DNA of 64,000 nucleotides from Candidatus Latescibacterota bacterium. GTDB taxonomy: Bacteria; Latescibacterota; UBA2968; UBA8231. The position numbers and the translations under genes are program-made. Every line of letters starts with the position of its first letter. The first letter of the stretch is position 1. Under the pieces are notes generated by a model. The model was not told where the DNA came from. It worked only from the letters and a program-made list of their open reading frames with translations, and searched no databases. Shown here piece by piece: positions 47,838-59,012 of this stretch. The stretch spans positions 2,240,001-2,304,000 of the forward strand of contig CBDETY010000003.1 in NCBI GenBank assembly GCA_965243025.1. The letters are read 5' to 3'.

Positions 47838-49730
47838 TCAGAAGACCAGCCGCGCCAGGCTGTGCCGGGGAAGCCTGAAGGCAACCCCGCCGTCAATCGG
47901 CTCGACCTCGAGGCTGCCGGTTTCGAACCTCGACGCCGGCAGGAAATCAGGGCTGCTCATCAGCACTCCCTCCGACAGCCCGGCCGGCTCTCCAGCGAAC
48001 GACAGCCGCACCCCTGCCGCTGCGGCCGGGCTCCGGTTGACGAGGGTGACGACCAGCCGCCCGGAAGCGGGGTCCTTCGACGCGAGGCCGTCGACCTGCC
48101 CCCCGCCGTCGCCGCGCATCGCCACCAGGCTGTTTCCCGAATGCGCCCTGAACAGGGAGAACGCCTGGCCGACAGGCGTAAGCCGGGAGGCGAACCGCTC
48201 GACGACGATCGCCCCCTCGTTCACCGGCTCGAAGTAGCAGCCGATGGTCACCCCGGCTTCCGCGGCGGTGCGGCAGAGCGAGTGCAGCATGCCCCCGGCG
48301 TAGATACCCTCGGCCACCCCGGGGGTGCGGTACCAGGAGTACCACACGTTCCACTCGTCGAAGGAGATCCCGACCTCCTTCCCGGGCGGGGTGACCGCGT
48401 CGAGCCGGGCGCGCACGTCGCGGAACCGCTGCTCGGTGCGGGACGGGGCCCCCGCGAGGCGGGCGAACTGCTCCTCCGCCTCCGCCCCGAGGTAGGTGGA
48501 CAGCTCCCGGTCGTACTGGTGCAGGGCGATGTGGTCGACGATCCCGGCCAGCGGCGGCAGCCCTTCGCTGAACCACTCCTCCCGGCGCCACTCCCCCGAC
48601 ATCACCAGCTCGAGGTCGGCGCCGGCGGCGCGCAGGGCCTCGGCGCAGGCCCGCGCCTTTTCCGCGTACTCCCGGGTGGAGTTGGGGCCCTCCATGTGGC
48701 CGTACCCCAGCTCGTTCCCCAGCGACCAGTAGCGCACCCCGTACGGTTCGGGGTGCCCCCTTTCGATGCGCAGGCGCCCCCACTCGCTCTCCTCGCCGGC
48801 GTTGCAGTACTCGACCCAGGCGGCGCATTCCTGAGGCCGGTCCCAGGCGAGGTTGAGGGAGATGAACGGCTCGGCCCCCACCTCCCGGCACAGGGCAACG
48901 AACTCGTCGATGCCGACCTCGTGAAAGTCGAAGCCGAAGCTGTGCGGCAGGGTCTCGACCTCCTGCCAGGTGTTGATCGGGGGGCGCATGTCGGTTTCGA
49001 GGAGGCCGTCCTGCCAGCGGTAGTCCCCGGCGAAGTTGCCGCCCGGCCAGCGCAGGATCGGGCAGCCGATCTCCTTGAGCAGGGCGACGACGTCGGGCCG
49101 CATGCCGTGGAAACTGCCGGCGTCGAGCAGCGACACGCTGCCGATGCGGACCTCGGCCGCCCCCTCGAAGGTGATCTCGAGGCGGGCGCCGGGATCGGCC
49201 GCCGCGGCGGTGAAGCTGAACTCGTGCGCCCCCCAGCGGTCGGACAGCTCCGCCTCCCCGGTGAACAGCGGATTGCCTCCGGAGCCCCCGGTCAGGGCGA
49301 CGGTCACGGACGGGGCCGTTCCCCTGGCCGCCACCCGCAGCCGGTACTCGCGGCCCCCTTCGAGGGGGATTCCCTCCTGGCCGATGCCGCACCGTTGTCC
49401 CGGGGCGCATCCCTGCACGAGCTGGCTGTGGATGTTGTTGTGGCGCCGGGCGCGCTGCAGGCGGCCCGTCATCCAGGGGCGGGTGTACGCGTCCTCGGCG
49501 TCGAGGGTCAGGAAGGTCTGCGGGGGGCCGATCCGGTACCACTCCATGGCGGCGCCGCTGAGCTGCTGCGGCTTGCCGGCGAACTTGCGGTTGCGGACCA
49601 GCTGGGAGCAGAGGCCGCGCCAGGTGCAGCTGCGGGTGTGCTCCAGGTTGTGGCCGAACAGGAGCGGCTCTATGCGCGCCCCCGCGGCCCCGGGATCTAT
49701 CGAAAACTCCGTCATGCCTGCCTTCTTCAT
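47838..49730 (-). CDS. GH51 alpha-L-arabinofuranosidase
   Basis: RWPGGNF, WSLGNE and SFDEWNVW motifs. Confidence 0.88.
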   Translation of the reverse strand: MKKAGMTEFSIDPGAAGARIEPLLFGHNLEHTRSCTWRGLCSQLVRNRKFAGKPQQLSGAAMEWYRIGPPQTFLTLDAEDAYTRPWMTGRLQRARRHNNIHSQLVQGCAPGQRCGIGQEGIPLEGGREYRLRVAARGTAPSVTVALTGGSGGNPLFTGEAELSDRWGAHEFSFTAAAADPGARLEITFEGAAEVRIGSVSLLDAGSFHGMRPDVVALLKEIGCPILRWPGGNFAGDYRWQDGLLETDMRPPINTWQEVETLPHSFGFDFHEVGIDEFVALCREVGAEPFISLNLAWDRPQECAAWVEYCNAGEESEWGRLRIERGHPEPYGVRYWSLGNELGYGHMEGPNSTREYAEKARACAEALRAAGADLELVMSGEWRREEWFSEGLPPLAGIVDHIALHQYDRELSTYLGAEAEEQFARLAGAPSRTEQRFRDVRARLDAVTPPGKEVGISFDEWNVWYSWYRTPGVAEGIYAGGMLHSLCRTAAEAGVTIGCYFEPVNEGAIVVERFASRLTPVGQAFSLFRAHSGNSLVAMRGDGGGQVDGLASKDPASGRLVVTLVNRSPAAAAGVRLSFAGEPAGLSEGVLMSSPDFLPASRFETGSLEVEPIDGGVAFRLPRHSLARLVF

Positions 49731-49870
49731 CTCTTCTCTCTTTATCGAGTACACCGGGCTCGCATCCCCGGCGTTTCTTGAGATACAGGGCGGCTATCGT
49801 TTCCTTCCACCCCCTGCCGCGAAGGCAGGCAACCTCCAACTGAAACCAGCTTCAAAAAAGGGAGACTGTC

Positions 49871-50641
49871 ATGAACTCGGAACATCCCGGCCGCGTCGCC
49901 GGCAAAACAGCCATCGTCACCGGGGCCGCCTCGGGGATCGGGGAGGCGACCGCCAGGCGGCTGGCCGAGGAGGGAGCCTCGGTCACGGTCGCCGACATCG
50001 ACGATATCAACGGCAAGCGCGTCGCCGGGGAGATCAGGGCGGCCGGGGGAAACGCCCTTTTCATCAGGACCGACCTGAGCAGGACCCCCCAGATCGAGCG
50101 CATGATCGACCGCACCGAGCAGCACTTCGGACGCCTCGACATCCTCCACAACAACGCCATCGCCTTCCAGCACGGCTCGGCAACCGAGCTCGACGAATCC
50201 GGCTGGGACCTGACCCTGAACGTCGGCCTGAAGGCGGTTTTCCTGGCGTCGAAATACGGCATCCCGGCAATGCGCCGGACCGGAGGGGGGGTCATCATCA
50301 ATACCGGCTCGGTCCACTCGCTCGTCAGCTTCGCCACCTGCACCGCCTACGACTCGGCCAAGGCCGGAATCCTCGGGCTGACGCGGGTCCTCGCCCTCGA
50401 CTACGGCCCCGACATCCGCGTCAACGCGGTGCTGCCCGGGGCCATCCTCACCCCTTTGTGGGACAACCTCGAGGTGCCGGAGAAGGAGCGGCAGCGCTAC
50501 GCAGACATGGTGCCGGCCAAGCGGCTCGGCAACGGCGACGACATCGCCAACGCCGTGCTCTTCCTGGCGTCGGAGGAAGCCTCGTTCGTCACCGGCACCC
50601 ACCTCGTCGTCGACGGCGGGATGCTCTGCCGCGCCGAGTAG
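49871..50641 (+). CDS. SDR oxidoreductase
   Basis: TGAASGIG, NNA and YDSAK motifs. Confidence 0.9.
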   Translation: MNSEHPGRVAGKTAIVTGAASGIGEATARRLAEEGASVTVADIDDINGKRVAGEIRAAGGNALFIRTDLSRTPQIERMIDRTEQHFGRLDILHNNAIAFQHGSATELDESGWDLTLNVGLKAVFLASKYGIPAMRRTGGGVIINTGSVHSLVSFATCTAYDSAKAGILGLTRVLALDYGPDIRVNAVLPGAILTPLWDNLEVPEKERQRYADMVPAKRLGNGDDIANAVLFLASEEASFVTGTHLVVDGGMLCRAE

Positions 50642-50767
50642 GAGCCTCCCGGTCCCGGGTGTATGGGCGGCATTCCCGTCCGAACGGGGAGGCCCCCGTT
50701 CTCCGCTTGAAACCCGCTCGCCCGGCCTCCGGCCCGCAAGCCAGCCCTGCCCGCCCGGAGGCACAGG

Positions 50768-52639
50768 CTAACGGCCGTCCCGGAGGAGGGTCAGAACCTG
50801 GTTGGCCGCCACCCCGGACAGCTCCTGCACCGCCCCGTCCGGCCAGCGCACCCTCAGCAGGTCGACCTCGGGAGCCGGCCCCAGGCCGAAGTGCAGGCGG
50901 GTGTCGTCCTGGGACAGGTAGCTGCCGCCGGCGCGCACCTCCCGGACCATCCGCAGCCTTCCCGCCCAGGCCGTCACCCGCGCCCCGACCGCATGGGTGT
51001 TGGGGCCCCGGTCCCTGAGCCGCAGAATCAGCCAGTTGCCGCGGCCGCCCCCGTCGTTGCGCAGCAGGGTCGGGGCGGCGTCGAGGTTGGAGACGGCGAT
51101 GTCGAGGTCGCCGTCGCCGTCGAGGTCCCCGAGGGCGGACCCGCGGCTCGACAGCTCGACCTCGAACCCGGGGCCCGAAAGCGGCGAGACGTCGATGAAG
51201 CGCCCCGCACCGGTGTTCTCGTAGAGCTGGTTGGGCTGGCGGTACCTCGTCCCGAGGCCGCCGCGGTCGACCGCCGGGAAGACGTGCCCGTTGGCGACGA
51301 ACAGGTCCTCGTCGCCGTCGTGGTCGCAGTCGAAGAAACCGGCCCCCCAGCCCAGGTACGACAGGCTCGACAGCCCGAGTCCGGCCTTCCAGCTGACGTC
51401 GAGGAAGCCGGCGGGGCCGCGGTTCTCGTAGTAGGTGTTGTGGTCGTGGGAGAAGTTGGTGACGAAGAGATCGAGGTCCCCGTCCCCGTCCGGGTCCCCG
51501 GCGGCAACCCCCATTCCCGACTGCTCCCGCCCGTCCTTCTCGAAGGCCGCCCCGGCGGCGACGGCGATGTCGACGAACCGACCCCCGTCGTTGCGGTAGA
51601 GCACGTTCGGGGTCGAGTCGTTGGCGACGTAGACGTCGAGGTCGCCGTCGTCGTCGTAATCCCCGGCCACCGCGCCGAGGCCGTAGTACTCGTACTCCCG
51701 CAGGCCGGCCTCGTCCCCGGCCTCGGCGAAGACCCACCCGCTTTCCGGCCCCTCGTTGCGGAAGTAGCTGTCCCTTGCCCCGGGCAGCCCGTTGGGCCCG
51801 CAGAACACGTCGGTGAGCCCCCGCCAGTTGCAGTAGGCGTCGCGGTCCTCGGGGACGAAGCCGGGATCGAAGTCGACGTAGTTGGCCAGGTAGAAGTCGA
51901 GGTCGCCGTCGCCGTCGTAATCCCCGAACGCTGCGGCAGACCCCCATCCGGGGTGGGCGACTCCGGCGGCCCCGGCGACCTCCCGGAAGCGCTCCCCTTC
52001 GTTCCGGTAGAGGGCGTTGGCCCCGTAGTTGGCGAGGTACAGGTCGACGCGTCCGTCGCCGTCCCAGTCCGCCGCGGCGACCCCCATGCCCCAGCCGGCG
52101 TGGGCGGCCCCGAGCTCGCCGGCGGCCTCTGCGAAGCGCCACTCCCCGCGGTTGCGGTACAGGGAGGCGCGCGGCTCCTCCCCCTCGGGGAAGCCGCCGA
52201 GGCGGGAGCCGTTGGCGAAGAAGATCTCGAGGTCGCCGTCGCCGTCCTGGTCGAACAGTGCGACCCCCCCGGTGGTGCTCTCGACGATATGCTTCTTTTC
52301 GGCGCCGCCGCCGATTACGGGAATTGTGAGCCCCGACTCGGCGGCGACGTCGACGAAGCGGGCGGGCCCCTCCCCGGGGGCCGCCGAACCGGGGAAACGG
52401 GCCTGGTCCCGGGCAATTGCAGGCCGGGCGAAAAGGTCCGCGGCTGCAACGACAGCTTCCGCCCCGGCGGCAACGGCTGTGCCATGGGGAGAACCGGACC
52501 GACCCGGGGGCACCCGCGTTCCGGAAGAGGGGTCGGACGCTCCCGCCTCAGATCCCGCTCCGGGGGCACCGGCTGCGGCAAGGACGATTCCGAGAAGGGT
52601 CAGCTTCGCGCAAGGAGCCGCGGCCCTGCTCCTGTCCAT
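50768..52639 (-). CDS. CRTAC1-family FG-GAP / ASPIC-UnbV protein
   Basis: DxDGDGDLD repeats; C-terminal GGSYLSQ..LHFGLG..VRWP. Confidence 0.88.
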   Translation of the reverse strand: MDRSRAAAPCAKLTLLGIVLAAAGAPGAGSEAGASDPSSGTRVPPGRSGSPHGTAVAAGAEAVVAAADLFARPAIARDQARFPGSAAPGEGPARFVDVAAESGLTIPVIGGGAEKKHIVESTTGGVALFDQDGDGDLEIFFANGSRLGGFPEGEEPRASLYRNRGEWRFAEAAGELGAAHAGWGMGVAAADWDGDGRVDLYLANYGANALYRNEGERFREVAGAAGVAHPGWGSAAAFGDYDGDGDLDFYLANYVDFDPGFVPEDRDAYCNWRGLTDVFCGPNGLPGARDSYFRNEGPESGWVFAEAGDEAGLREYEYYGLGAVAGDYDDDGDLDVYVANDSTPNVLYRNDGGRFVDIAVAAGAAFEKDGREQSGMGVAAGDPDGDGDLDLFVTNFSHDHNTYYENRGPAGFLDVSWKAGLGLSSLSYLGWGAGFFDCDHDGDEDLFVANGHVFPAVDRGGLGTRYRQPNQLYENTGAGRFIDVSPLSGPGFEVELSSRGSALGDLDGDGDLDIAVSNLDAAPTLLRNDGGGRGNWLILRLRDRGPNTHAVGARVTAWAGRLRMVREVRAGGSYLSQDDTRLHFGLGPAPEVDLLRVRWPDGAVQELSGVAANQVLTLLRDGR

Positions 52640-52757
52640 GAGGCGGCGCCGCCGTCCTGCCCGATGGCCGCTTCCCTGACGGCTGGCAAACTGCGACCGC
52701 ACTGCGAGGCCGGGCCGACCGACGGAGCCAGCCGGCGGGACCGGCCGGCCCTTGCCT

Positions 52758-54494
52758 TCAGGCGGTGAAGAAGGCGACGACGGTCCAGCAGATCGCCGCA
52801 AGGCAGGCCGCGAAGGAGGCCTGTGGGATCTGCGTCTTGACGTGGTCCATCAGGTCGCAGCCGGTGCACATCGAGCTGAGCACGGTGGTGTCTGAGATCG
52901 GCGAGCACTGGTCGCCGTACACGCTGCCGTCCATTACCGCGGCGAAGCAGAGGGTCATGAACAGCTCGGGATGGGCAAGGCCGTGAGCCCCGGCCACCGC
53001 CCAGGCCAGCGGCATGGCCAGCGGGAAGGCGACCGCGTAGGTGCCCCAGCTCGTCCCGGTGGAGAAGGCGATGACCATGGTCATGATCTGCAGCAGCACC
53101 GGCAGCAGGAAGTAGGGAATCGCCTCCCCGAGCTGCTCGACCAGGAAGATGCCGCCCCCCGTCTCCTTGTTTATCCCCCCGATGGTGATGGCGAGCAGGA
53201 GAATGACGGAGCCGAGAACCACCCCCTTGAGGCCGTCGTGGAATCCCGCGACCAGGTCCTTGAGCGACATCCCCTTGGCCAGGGCCATTCCCGCGGCGAG
53301 CAATAGGGCTATGCCGAAGGCCCACTGCACGTTGGGGGAGCCCCTGACGATGAAGGTGCCGACGGCGATGCCGATGAGGGCGATCAGGGGCAGGAAGAAC
53401 TCCAGCACGTGCGGGGTGTAGCCCTCCGGCACGTTGCTTCCCTGCAGCTCCTTGGCGCTCAGGGGGTTGGCCCCTTCGGCGTCGAGCTGCCCGGTGGCGC
53501 GGGAGCGCTCCATCGCCGCCTTGAGCCGCTTGCCGAGGAACAGGGGCCTCTCGACGCTGAGGAGGAAGGTGCCGAGCACGGCGAAGATCGCGTAGAAGCA
53601 GAACGGCACGCTCTGGAAGAAGAAGGTGATGCGGTCCGCCTCGGTGGCGAGGAAGCCGACCCCGGAGACGAAGATGAAAGCCTGGACGTACCCCGGCCAG
53701 GCGTTGAAGGCGAGCTGGGAGGCGATCGGCGAGGCGGTCGAGTCGACGATGTAGGCGAGCTCTTCGTGGCTGACCTTTTCGTTGTCGGCGATCGGCTTGA
53801 CCGTGGTGCCGACCAGCACGGTGCTGACCGTGCCCCCCTGGAAGAAGATGACCCCGAGCGCCCAGGACACGAGCTTGGCGCTGCGCGGGCCGCGCACGAA
53901 GCGCACGGTCATGAATTCGGCGAACGCCTGCGCCGCCCCGGTCCGCGACCAGATCCCCATGAGGCCGCCCAGCAGCCACAGGTAGAGCAGCAGGACCCCG
54001 GCGGAGCTGGTCGTGGCCAGCGAGGGGATCAGCACGTCGCCGGTGAAGTCGTAGCGGCTCAGCACCAGGGCTCCCGACAGGATGCCGCCGAGGAGGGAGG
54101 TGACCGGCTCCCGGGTGAGCCAGCACAGGACCACGGCGACCACCGCGGGCAGCAGGGACCAGAAGCCCCAGTGGTGCTTGGCCAGCAGCTGGTAGTAGAA
54201 GGTCCGGGGCTCCCCCTCCTCCATCCTGACCACGGAGGCGAACTCCTCCTTCACCACCGGGGCCTCGCGCGAGCCTTCCATTCTCTCGGGGTTGAGCCGC
54301 GCGTCTTCGATGGGGACGGCTTCGAAGTAGGCCGGCTTGTCCCGGTATATGTAGTAGAGCCTGCCCTCGCTGTCGCTGCGGGCGTCGAGGGCGATCTGCT
54401 CGACCGTCCAGGTCGGGGCGACGTTGATGCCGATGATCCAGGATACGACCAGGGCGATGGCGAAGACGATGAACTTGCGGATACCGGGGCTCAT
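52758..54494 (-). CDS. Na+/H+ antiporter NhaC-family transporter
   Basis: SLLP, LAYIVDSTASP, FSTGTSWGT and GDQCSPISDTT motifs. Confidence 0.88.
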   Translation of the reverse strand: MSPGIRKFIVFAIALVVSWIIGINVAPTWTVEQIALDARSDSEGRLYYIYRDKPAYFEAVPIEDARLNPERMEGSREAPVVKEEFASVVRMEEGEPRTFYYQLLAKHHWGFWSLLPAVVAVVLCWLTREPVTSLLGGILSGALVLSRYDFTGDVLIPSLATTSSAGVLLLYLWLLGGLMGIWSRTGAAQAFAEFMTVRFVRGPRSAKLVSWALGVIFFQGGTVSTVLVGTTVKPIADNEKVSHEELAYIVDSTASPIASQLAFNAWPGYVQAFIFVSGVGFLATEADRITFFFQSVPFCFYAIFAVLGTFLLSVERPLFLGKRLKAAMERSRATGQLDAEGANPLSAKELQGSNVPEGYTPHVLEFFLPLIALIGIAVGTFIVRGSPNVQWAFGIALLLAAGMALAKGMSLKDLVAGFHDGLKGVVLGSVILLLAITIGGINKETGGGIFLVEQLGEAIPYFLLPVLLQIMTMVIAFSTGTSWGTYAVAFPLAMPLAWAVAGAHGLAHPELFMTLCFAAVMDGSVYGDQCSPISDTTVLSSMCTGCDLMDHVKTQIPQASFAACLAAICWTVVAFFTA

Positions 54495-54686
54495 CTCGTT
54501 CTCCGGATGAAGAAAGCGGGTGCCTTGTCATTGACATGCCCGCGATTCGGTGGTGGGCCACCGGGCGGTTGCGGCCAGGTGGCCCCTGGGGAAAGCCGCC
54601 CCCGATAAAGCGGGTTGGGTATGCCGTGGTCAAGGGACCGGCCCGGTCTCTGCCGCCGGCTCCGGCGGCCGTTCCCTGCCCCCGGT

Positions 54687-56003
54687 TCAGCCCAGCAGTT
54701 CGAGGACGTTGCGGTGAGGCCGGTTGTCCAGCCCTTTTTCCGGGCCGCTTCCCGGGCCGGGCTGGTAGTCGTTCGGGTAGCGGGCGGCATATTCGCGCGC
54801 GGTCACGTCCCGCAGCGGGGTGGAACCACCCTCGGGACCGGGTACGCGGATATTCGCCCTGACCGCGGGATCCGCCCCGTTTGCGAGAAGCAGCCGCAGC
54901 ACCGGAAAGCTGCGGTTGTGGTTCGAGGCGACGGCGTGAAAGACCGGGGTCTGGTTCCCGAACCCCTCCCCGTCGGGCTGCGCCCTGCCGTTGACGTCCG
55001 CCCCGGCGGCGATCAGGACCCGGGCCGCCTCGAGCGCCCCGTACTCGGCGCAGATATGCAGGAGGGTCGGCCGGTGGAGGGGCGCCCCTCCGAAAAAGCC
55101 GCCGAATCCCGCTCCCCCGTCCTGCCGGAAACCGGAGTGGGCGTCCACGAGCCGGGGATCCCCGGCCAGCCTCGCCCGCAGCAGGTCGATCCGACCCCTG
55201 AGGATGTCCATCTCCGCGCCGTCCGTGTAGCTGGCCCCTGCCTGGACCAGGAGCTCCAGGCACTCCTCGCGGTGCTCGTGCTGGTAGGTGTTCAGGACCA
55301 TGTCGAGGGCGCTTCCGTCCCTGTCCCGGTAGTTCGGGTCGGCCCCGTGCTCGAGCAGAAATCGCAGGCCGTCCGGGTTCAGGCTTTCGCAGGGCCCCAT
55401 GATGGTGCCGCCGCCGTTGTGGGTGGCCGGGTCGACCCCGTGGGCGAGCAGCTCCTCCATCACCGGAACATTCCCCTGCGTGGCGGCGCGTGAGAGGACG
55501 TCGTCCTGCGGGTCCGCCCCGCTTTCGATCAGCAAGCGGACGATGGCGACCTGGTTGGGCCCCTCGGCGTTGTCCCCCGCGGCGAAGCGCAGAGGGGTCC
55601 AGCGCCGGGCGCGGTCGGCGGTCATGTTGACCTCGACGATGTGGGGATGCGCCTCGAGCACCCTGCGCACGCCGACGACGTCGCCGGTGTTGATGGCTTT
55701 GCGCAGCTGTGCGATCTGAGCTGACAGCTCCGGGCCGGGAGCGATCGCCGCGACGAGCCGGGGCCACTCCGGGTAACCGTGCTCCCTGGCGATGACGCGC
55801 CGCGCCTCCTGCAGGGTCAGGTCCGTTTCCGTGTTCCCCCGGGCCGGCTCCCCGGACAGGGGCCGGTAAGTGTCTGCCCGCAACCGTGCCCGCGCTCTGC
55901 CCTCCCGGTAATCCTGCAGCAGGTCTTCGGCCTGCTTCTCGAAATCCGCCAGGCGGGCTTTCCTGGGAAGTCTTTGGGACATGCGGGGTTCGCTCATGGA
56001 CAA
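54687..56003 (-). CDS. Ankyrin-repeat protein
   Basis: Several TPL..A / LL..GADPN repeats; N-terminal EARRVIAREHGYPEW domain. Confidence 0.85.
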   Translation of the reverse strand: MSMSEPRMSQRLPRKARLADFEKQAEDLLQDYREGRARARLRADTYRPLSGEPARGNTETDLTLQEARRVIAREHGYPEWPRLVAAIAPGPELSAQIAQLRKAINTGDVVGVRRVLEAHPHIVEVNMTADRARRWTPLRFAAGDNAEGPNQVAIVRLLIESGADPQDDVLSRAATQGNVPVMEELLAHGVDPATHNGGGTIMGPCESLNPDGLRFLLEHGADPNYRDRDGSALDMVLNTYQHEHREECLELLVQAGASYTDGAEMDILRGRIDLLRARLAGDPRLVDAHSGFRQDGGAGFGGFFGGAPLHRPTLLHICAEYGALEAARVLIAAGADVNGRAQPDGEGFGNQTPVFHAVASNHNRSFPVLRLLLANGADPAVRANIRVPGPEGGSTPLRDVTAREYAARYPNDYQPGPGSGPEKGLDNRPHRNVLELLG

Positions 56004-56357
56004 GGCCGGCTCTTCAGAGGAGGCGCCCCCACATCTTCACCGTTGAGATAAGACGGAAAGTGTTTCCGTGATGATCGCGGGATAGAATGCCCCGGCCATC
56101 CGGCGACCAGATCGGTCGAGGTGGACGGGTCAGGGGCAATGAAGTTCCGGTTGGTCTTGAAATCCCGCAGCGTCATGTTGGGTTCGCCGATCTCATCCCT
56201 TCGTCGGTAAACCCTTCGCGCAGATCGATCTTCTCCCAGCATCCCATGCGTAAGCTCGTAGAAGCTGTCGGGGACGACGCGCTGCCCGGACTCCTCCAGC
56301 GACTTGGGGCGAAGCGCAACCGAAGGTCCCGCAAGGTCGAATTCAGGAGGGACACCC

Positions 56358-57239
56358 TCAATCCTCGGTGACCGTGGCGCTCTGCATGGCCTCGAGCAGG
56401 GTATCGGGGGATAGCCGGAGCCCGAGGATGCAGCAGGGCATGCCCCGGGGTATCTCCAGTCCTTCATCGGTGGCGGCGATCCCCTCGAAGCCGCGCACCG
56501 GCTCGACGGGGATCCTGCGGTTGGGCCGGTCGACGACGAGATCGGCGTGCAGGGTGATCCCCGCGGCGTTCTCCACCGTCACCTTGTTGCAGTCGACGGG
56601 GATCCGGATCCTGCCTGCGGCCCCGCTGTCGTGCCTCCTGAACCCCTCGATGAACAGGCCGACCGAAAAGCCGAGGGGGCTTTCGAACAGGTAGCCCCGC
56701 ACCGGGCTGCCGGGAAGCAGGAAGTGGGTGACGAGCTCCGCTTTACAGAGGAGGCGTTCGTCCGGCACCGTCATGTCGAAGTCGACGAACGGCGGAGTTT
56801 CGAGGCCGAGATGCCGGGCGAGGGCGGTTCCGTATCCGTAGACGCAGCCGGTGAACGACTCCCCCCAGAGCTCCAGCCGGGTGGTCTCGAGGTCGAGGTC
56901 GTGCCCCTTGGCGGCGAGCTGCGCCAGGAAGGAGTCGCTCAGCTCCCGCCGGTAGTCCTCGATCTCCTTGCCGTCGCGCCACTCCGCCCGCGGCTCGATG
57001 ACGCGGTCCTCGCCCAGCTGCTGTCTGGCCCAGGCGAGAAACTCACTTCCCCCGGCGAGCTGGGCGTAGAGGGCATCCGGTTCCAGCTGGCGGACCGCCT
57101 CCCTCCAGCGCCGCTCGCACAGCCGCTCGCGTTCGAGGTAGATGCCGGCGTTGGTGTCGCGCAGGACCCGCGGATCCCGGGCCGCCAGCGAGCTGTAGAT
57201 CATCGAGTGAATCAGGTAGACGACTCTTTTCGCTTTCAT
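56358..57239 (-). CDS. Hypothetical protein
   Basis: Start MKAKRVVYLIHS; co-directional with its neighbours. Confidence 0.65.
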   Translation of the reverse strand: MKAKRVVYLIHSMIYSSLAARDPRVLRDTNAGIYLERERLCERRWREAVRQLEPDALYAQLAGGSEFLAWARQQLGEDRVIEPRAEWRDGKEIEDYRRELSDSFLAQLAAKGHDLDLETTRLELWGESFTGCVYGYGTALARHLGLETPPFVDFDMTVPDERLLCKAELVTHFLLPGSPVRGYLFESPLGFSVGLFIEGFRRHDSGAAGRIRIPVDCNKVTVENAAGITLHADLVVDRPNRRIPVEPVRGFEGIAATDEGLEIPRGMPCCILGLRLSPDTLLEAMQSATVTED

Positions 57240-57267
57240 GTCGGCGCATCGGGCGGCCGCGGCCGCC

Positions 57268-58011
57268 TCACTCCCCCGGGAATTGCCCCCGGTACTCCAG
57301 CCCGAGGAGGTCGCGGGAGCGGGCTGCGTTGCAGTGCCGGTCCGCCTCAGGGTGGCTGGCGGTGTGCATGATGTCGAAATCGATGGTTGCGTTCTCCAGG
57401 GCGAGGTGGCAGGCCTCGGCCAGGTCGTGCCGGCACACCCAGCCGATGCCGCCGCGGGCGGGGCTGCCGTCGCGGTTGATGCCGAGCCTGCTGTCGCCGA
57501 TGCCGCAGGGCCGCAGGACGATGACGCGGCTGCCCCAGGCCTCGTGGTACTGGCGGCAGATCTCCTCCTGGAGGCGCTTGGTGATCCCGTAGAGGTCCCC
57601 CTCCATGCTGCGGACCTCCGAGGACAGGAAGACCCCGTCCGGGCGCTGCACCACGCAGGAGCCCATCTGCACCACCCGCCCGAGCCCATGGCGACGTGCG
57701 GATTCCAGGATGTTCCACATCCCCTTCACGTTGACGAGGAACGGCTCGACGCTGTCCTCGGGCGGGACCCCTTCGCCGAAGAAGGCCGACAGGTTGACGA
57801 CCCCCTCCATCCCCTCCAGGGCGCGGTCGATGTCGTGAAAGTCGGCGACGTCGCCGTACACTTTCTCCCCTTCCCAGTCCCCGTCGAAGCGGCGGTACAC
57901 CTCCCAGGCCTCCCGGCTGCGGTCGAAGGCGCGCACCTCGTGGCGGCCGGCGAAGCTTTCCAGCACCGCCCGGCCCACCCATCCGGCGGCGCCGATGACG
58001 GCGACTTTCAC
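57268..58011 (-). CDS. NAD-dependent epimerase/dehydratase (uronate dehydrogenase-like)
   Basis: IGAAGWVG and YGITK motifs; GGAGG RBS before GTG. Confidence 0.85.
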   Translation of the reverse strand: MKVAVIGAAGWVGRAVLESFAGRHEVRAFDRSREAWEVYRRFDGDWEGEKVYGDVADFHDIDRALEGMEGVVNLSAFFGEGVPPEDSVEPFLVNVKGMWNILESARRHGLGRVVQMGSCVVQRPDGVFLSSEVRSMEGDLYGITKRLQEEICRQYHEAWGSRVIVLRPCGIGDSRLGINRDGSPARGGIGWVCRHDLAEACHLALENATIDFDIMHTASHPEADRHCNAARSRDLLGLEYRGQFPGE

Positions 58012-58151
58012 GGTCTCCCCTCCTCCGTGGATTTTGCGGAAATCATTGGAAATCCCGGGTTGAATCCGGTAATTCTGCGGCACGGGCCAAGCTTCACCGC
58101 CCAGACGGCGGCAACCTCCCCGCCGGCTCGGCCCGAAGAAAGGAGCCTGTC

Positions 58152-58820
58152 ATGGCAGATCGCAGGATAACCGGACTCGCCCCCGGCTTGCTGCTGGCGG
58201 CGCTGGCGCTTTGGGGCTGTCCGGGGTCTCCCTCCCACATGTCGACCCTTCCTTCGGAGGCCCCTCCGCCTCAACCGGGCACCCTGACCGCACAGGTCCC
58301 GGACGGTTCGGGGCTGATCATCGAAGCAGGCAGCACCTACGACCTCACCAGGGAGCTGGAGTTGATTGAGGCAGATTGGGAGCTCGCCGACATGAACCGC
58401 CTGGCCGGTCCCATGATGGCATTCCTCGGGTCGCATGATGATCGCTACATCTCCTCCCAGGTTTCCGATATCCACCGCTCCATCCTGCCGCGGTTGGTCC
58501 GGAAGATCGAGCAATCTCCTCTCCGATACGAACGCTGGAACGGCGCCTTCCGCCTCTCGTTCCACGTCTGGTCGCTCTATTTCATGTTCGAGAACCAGAA
58601 CAGGGTGGTCTGGCCCCATCCCATCTGCTCGACGGAGATCGGCGTTTCCCTGTACGAGACCGCCGGGGACAGTCTGCTCTTCAGACAGGATCCCAACCTT
58701 GTCGTAGAGGTAAGGAAAGAGACTCCCCCAGGCAGGTCGACGCTGGAGCAGGTGTATGAGGAAGCCGCACAGGGGATATTCGAAGCCTTCGACGGGTACT
58801 GGTCCTCCAAGCCGAGGTGA
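58152..58820 (+). CDS. Hypothetical lipoprotein (copy 1)
   Basis: Lipobox LWGC; AAGGAG RBS. Confidence 0.75.
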   Translation: MADRRITGLAPGLLLAALALWGCPGSPSHMSTLPSEAPPPQPGTLTAQVPDGSGLIIEAGSTYDLTRELELIEADWELADMNRLAGPMMAFLGSHDDRYISSQVSDIHRSILPRLVRKIEQSPLRYERWNGAFRLSFHVWSLYFMFENQNRVVWPHPICSTEIGVSLYETAGDSLLFRQDPNLVVEVRKETPPGRSTLEQVYEEAAQGIFEAFDGYWSSKPR

Positions 58821-59012
58821 TCTTTTGCAACCTCCCGGTCCTCAAGGACCGGGACCGCCGAACGGTCGGCGCGGCGCTTGCCGCCTCTCCCAAACGTGCG
58901 GAATTCATTGGAAATCCCGGATTTTATCCGGTTATTCAGCCGTACCGGCCAGGCTGCACCCCCCGACGGCGGGAACCTCCCCGCCGGCTCGACCCGAAGA
59001 AAGGAGCCTGCC

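Noticed and set aside
56004-56357. Possible gene remnant between the ankyrin and hypothetical genes
   Set aside because: No recognisable product in the listed ORFs
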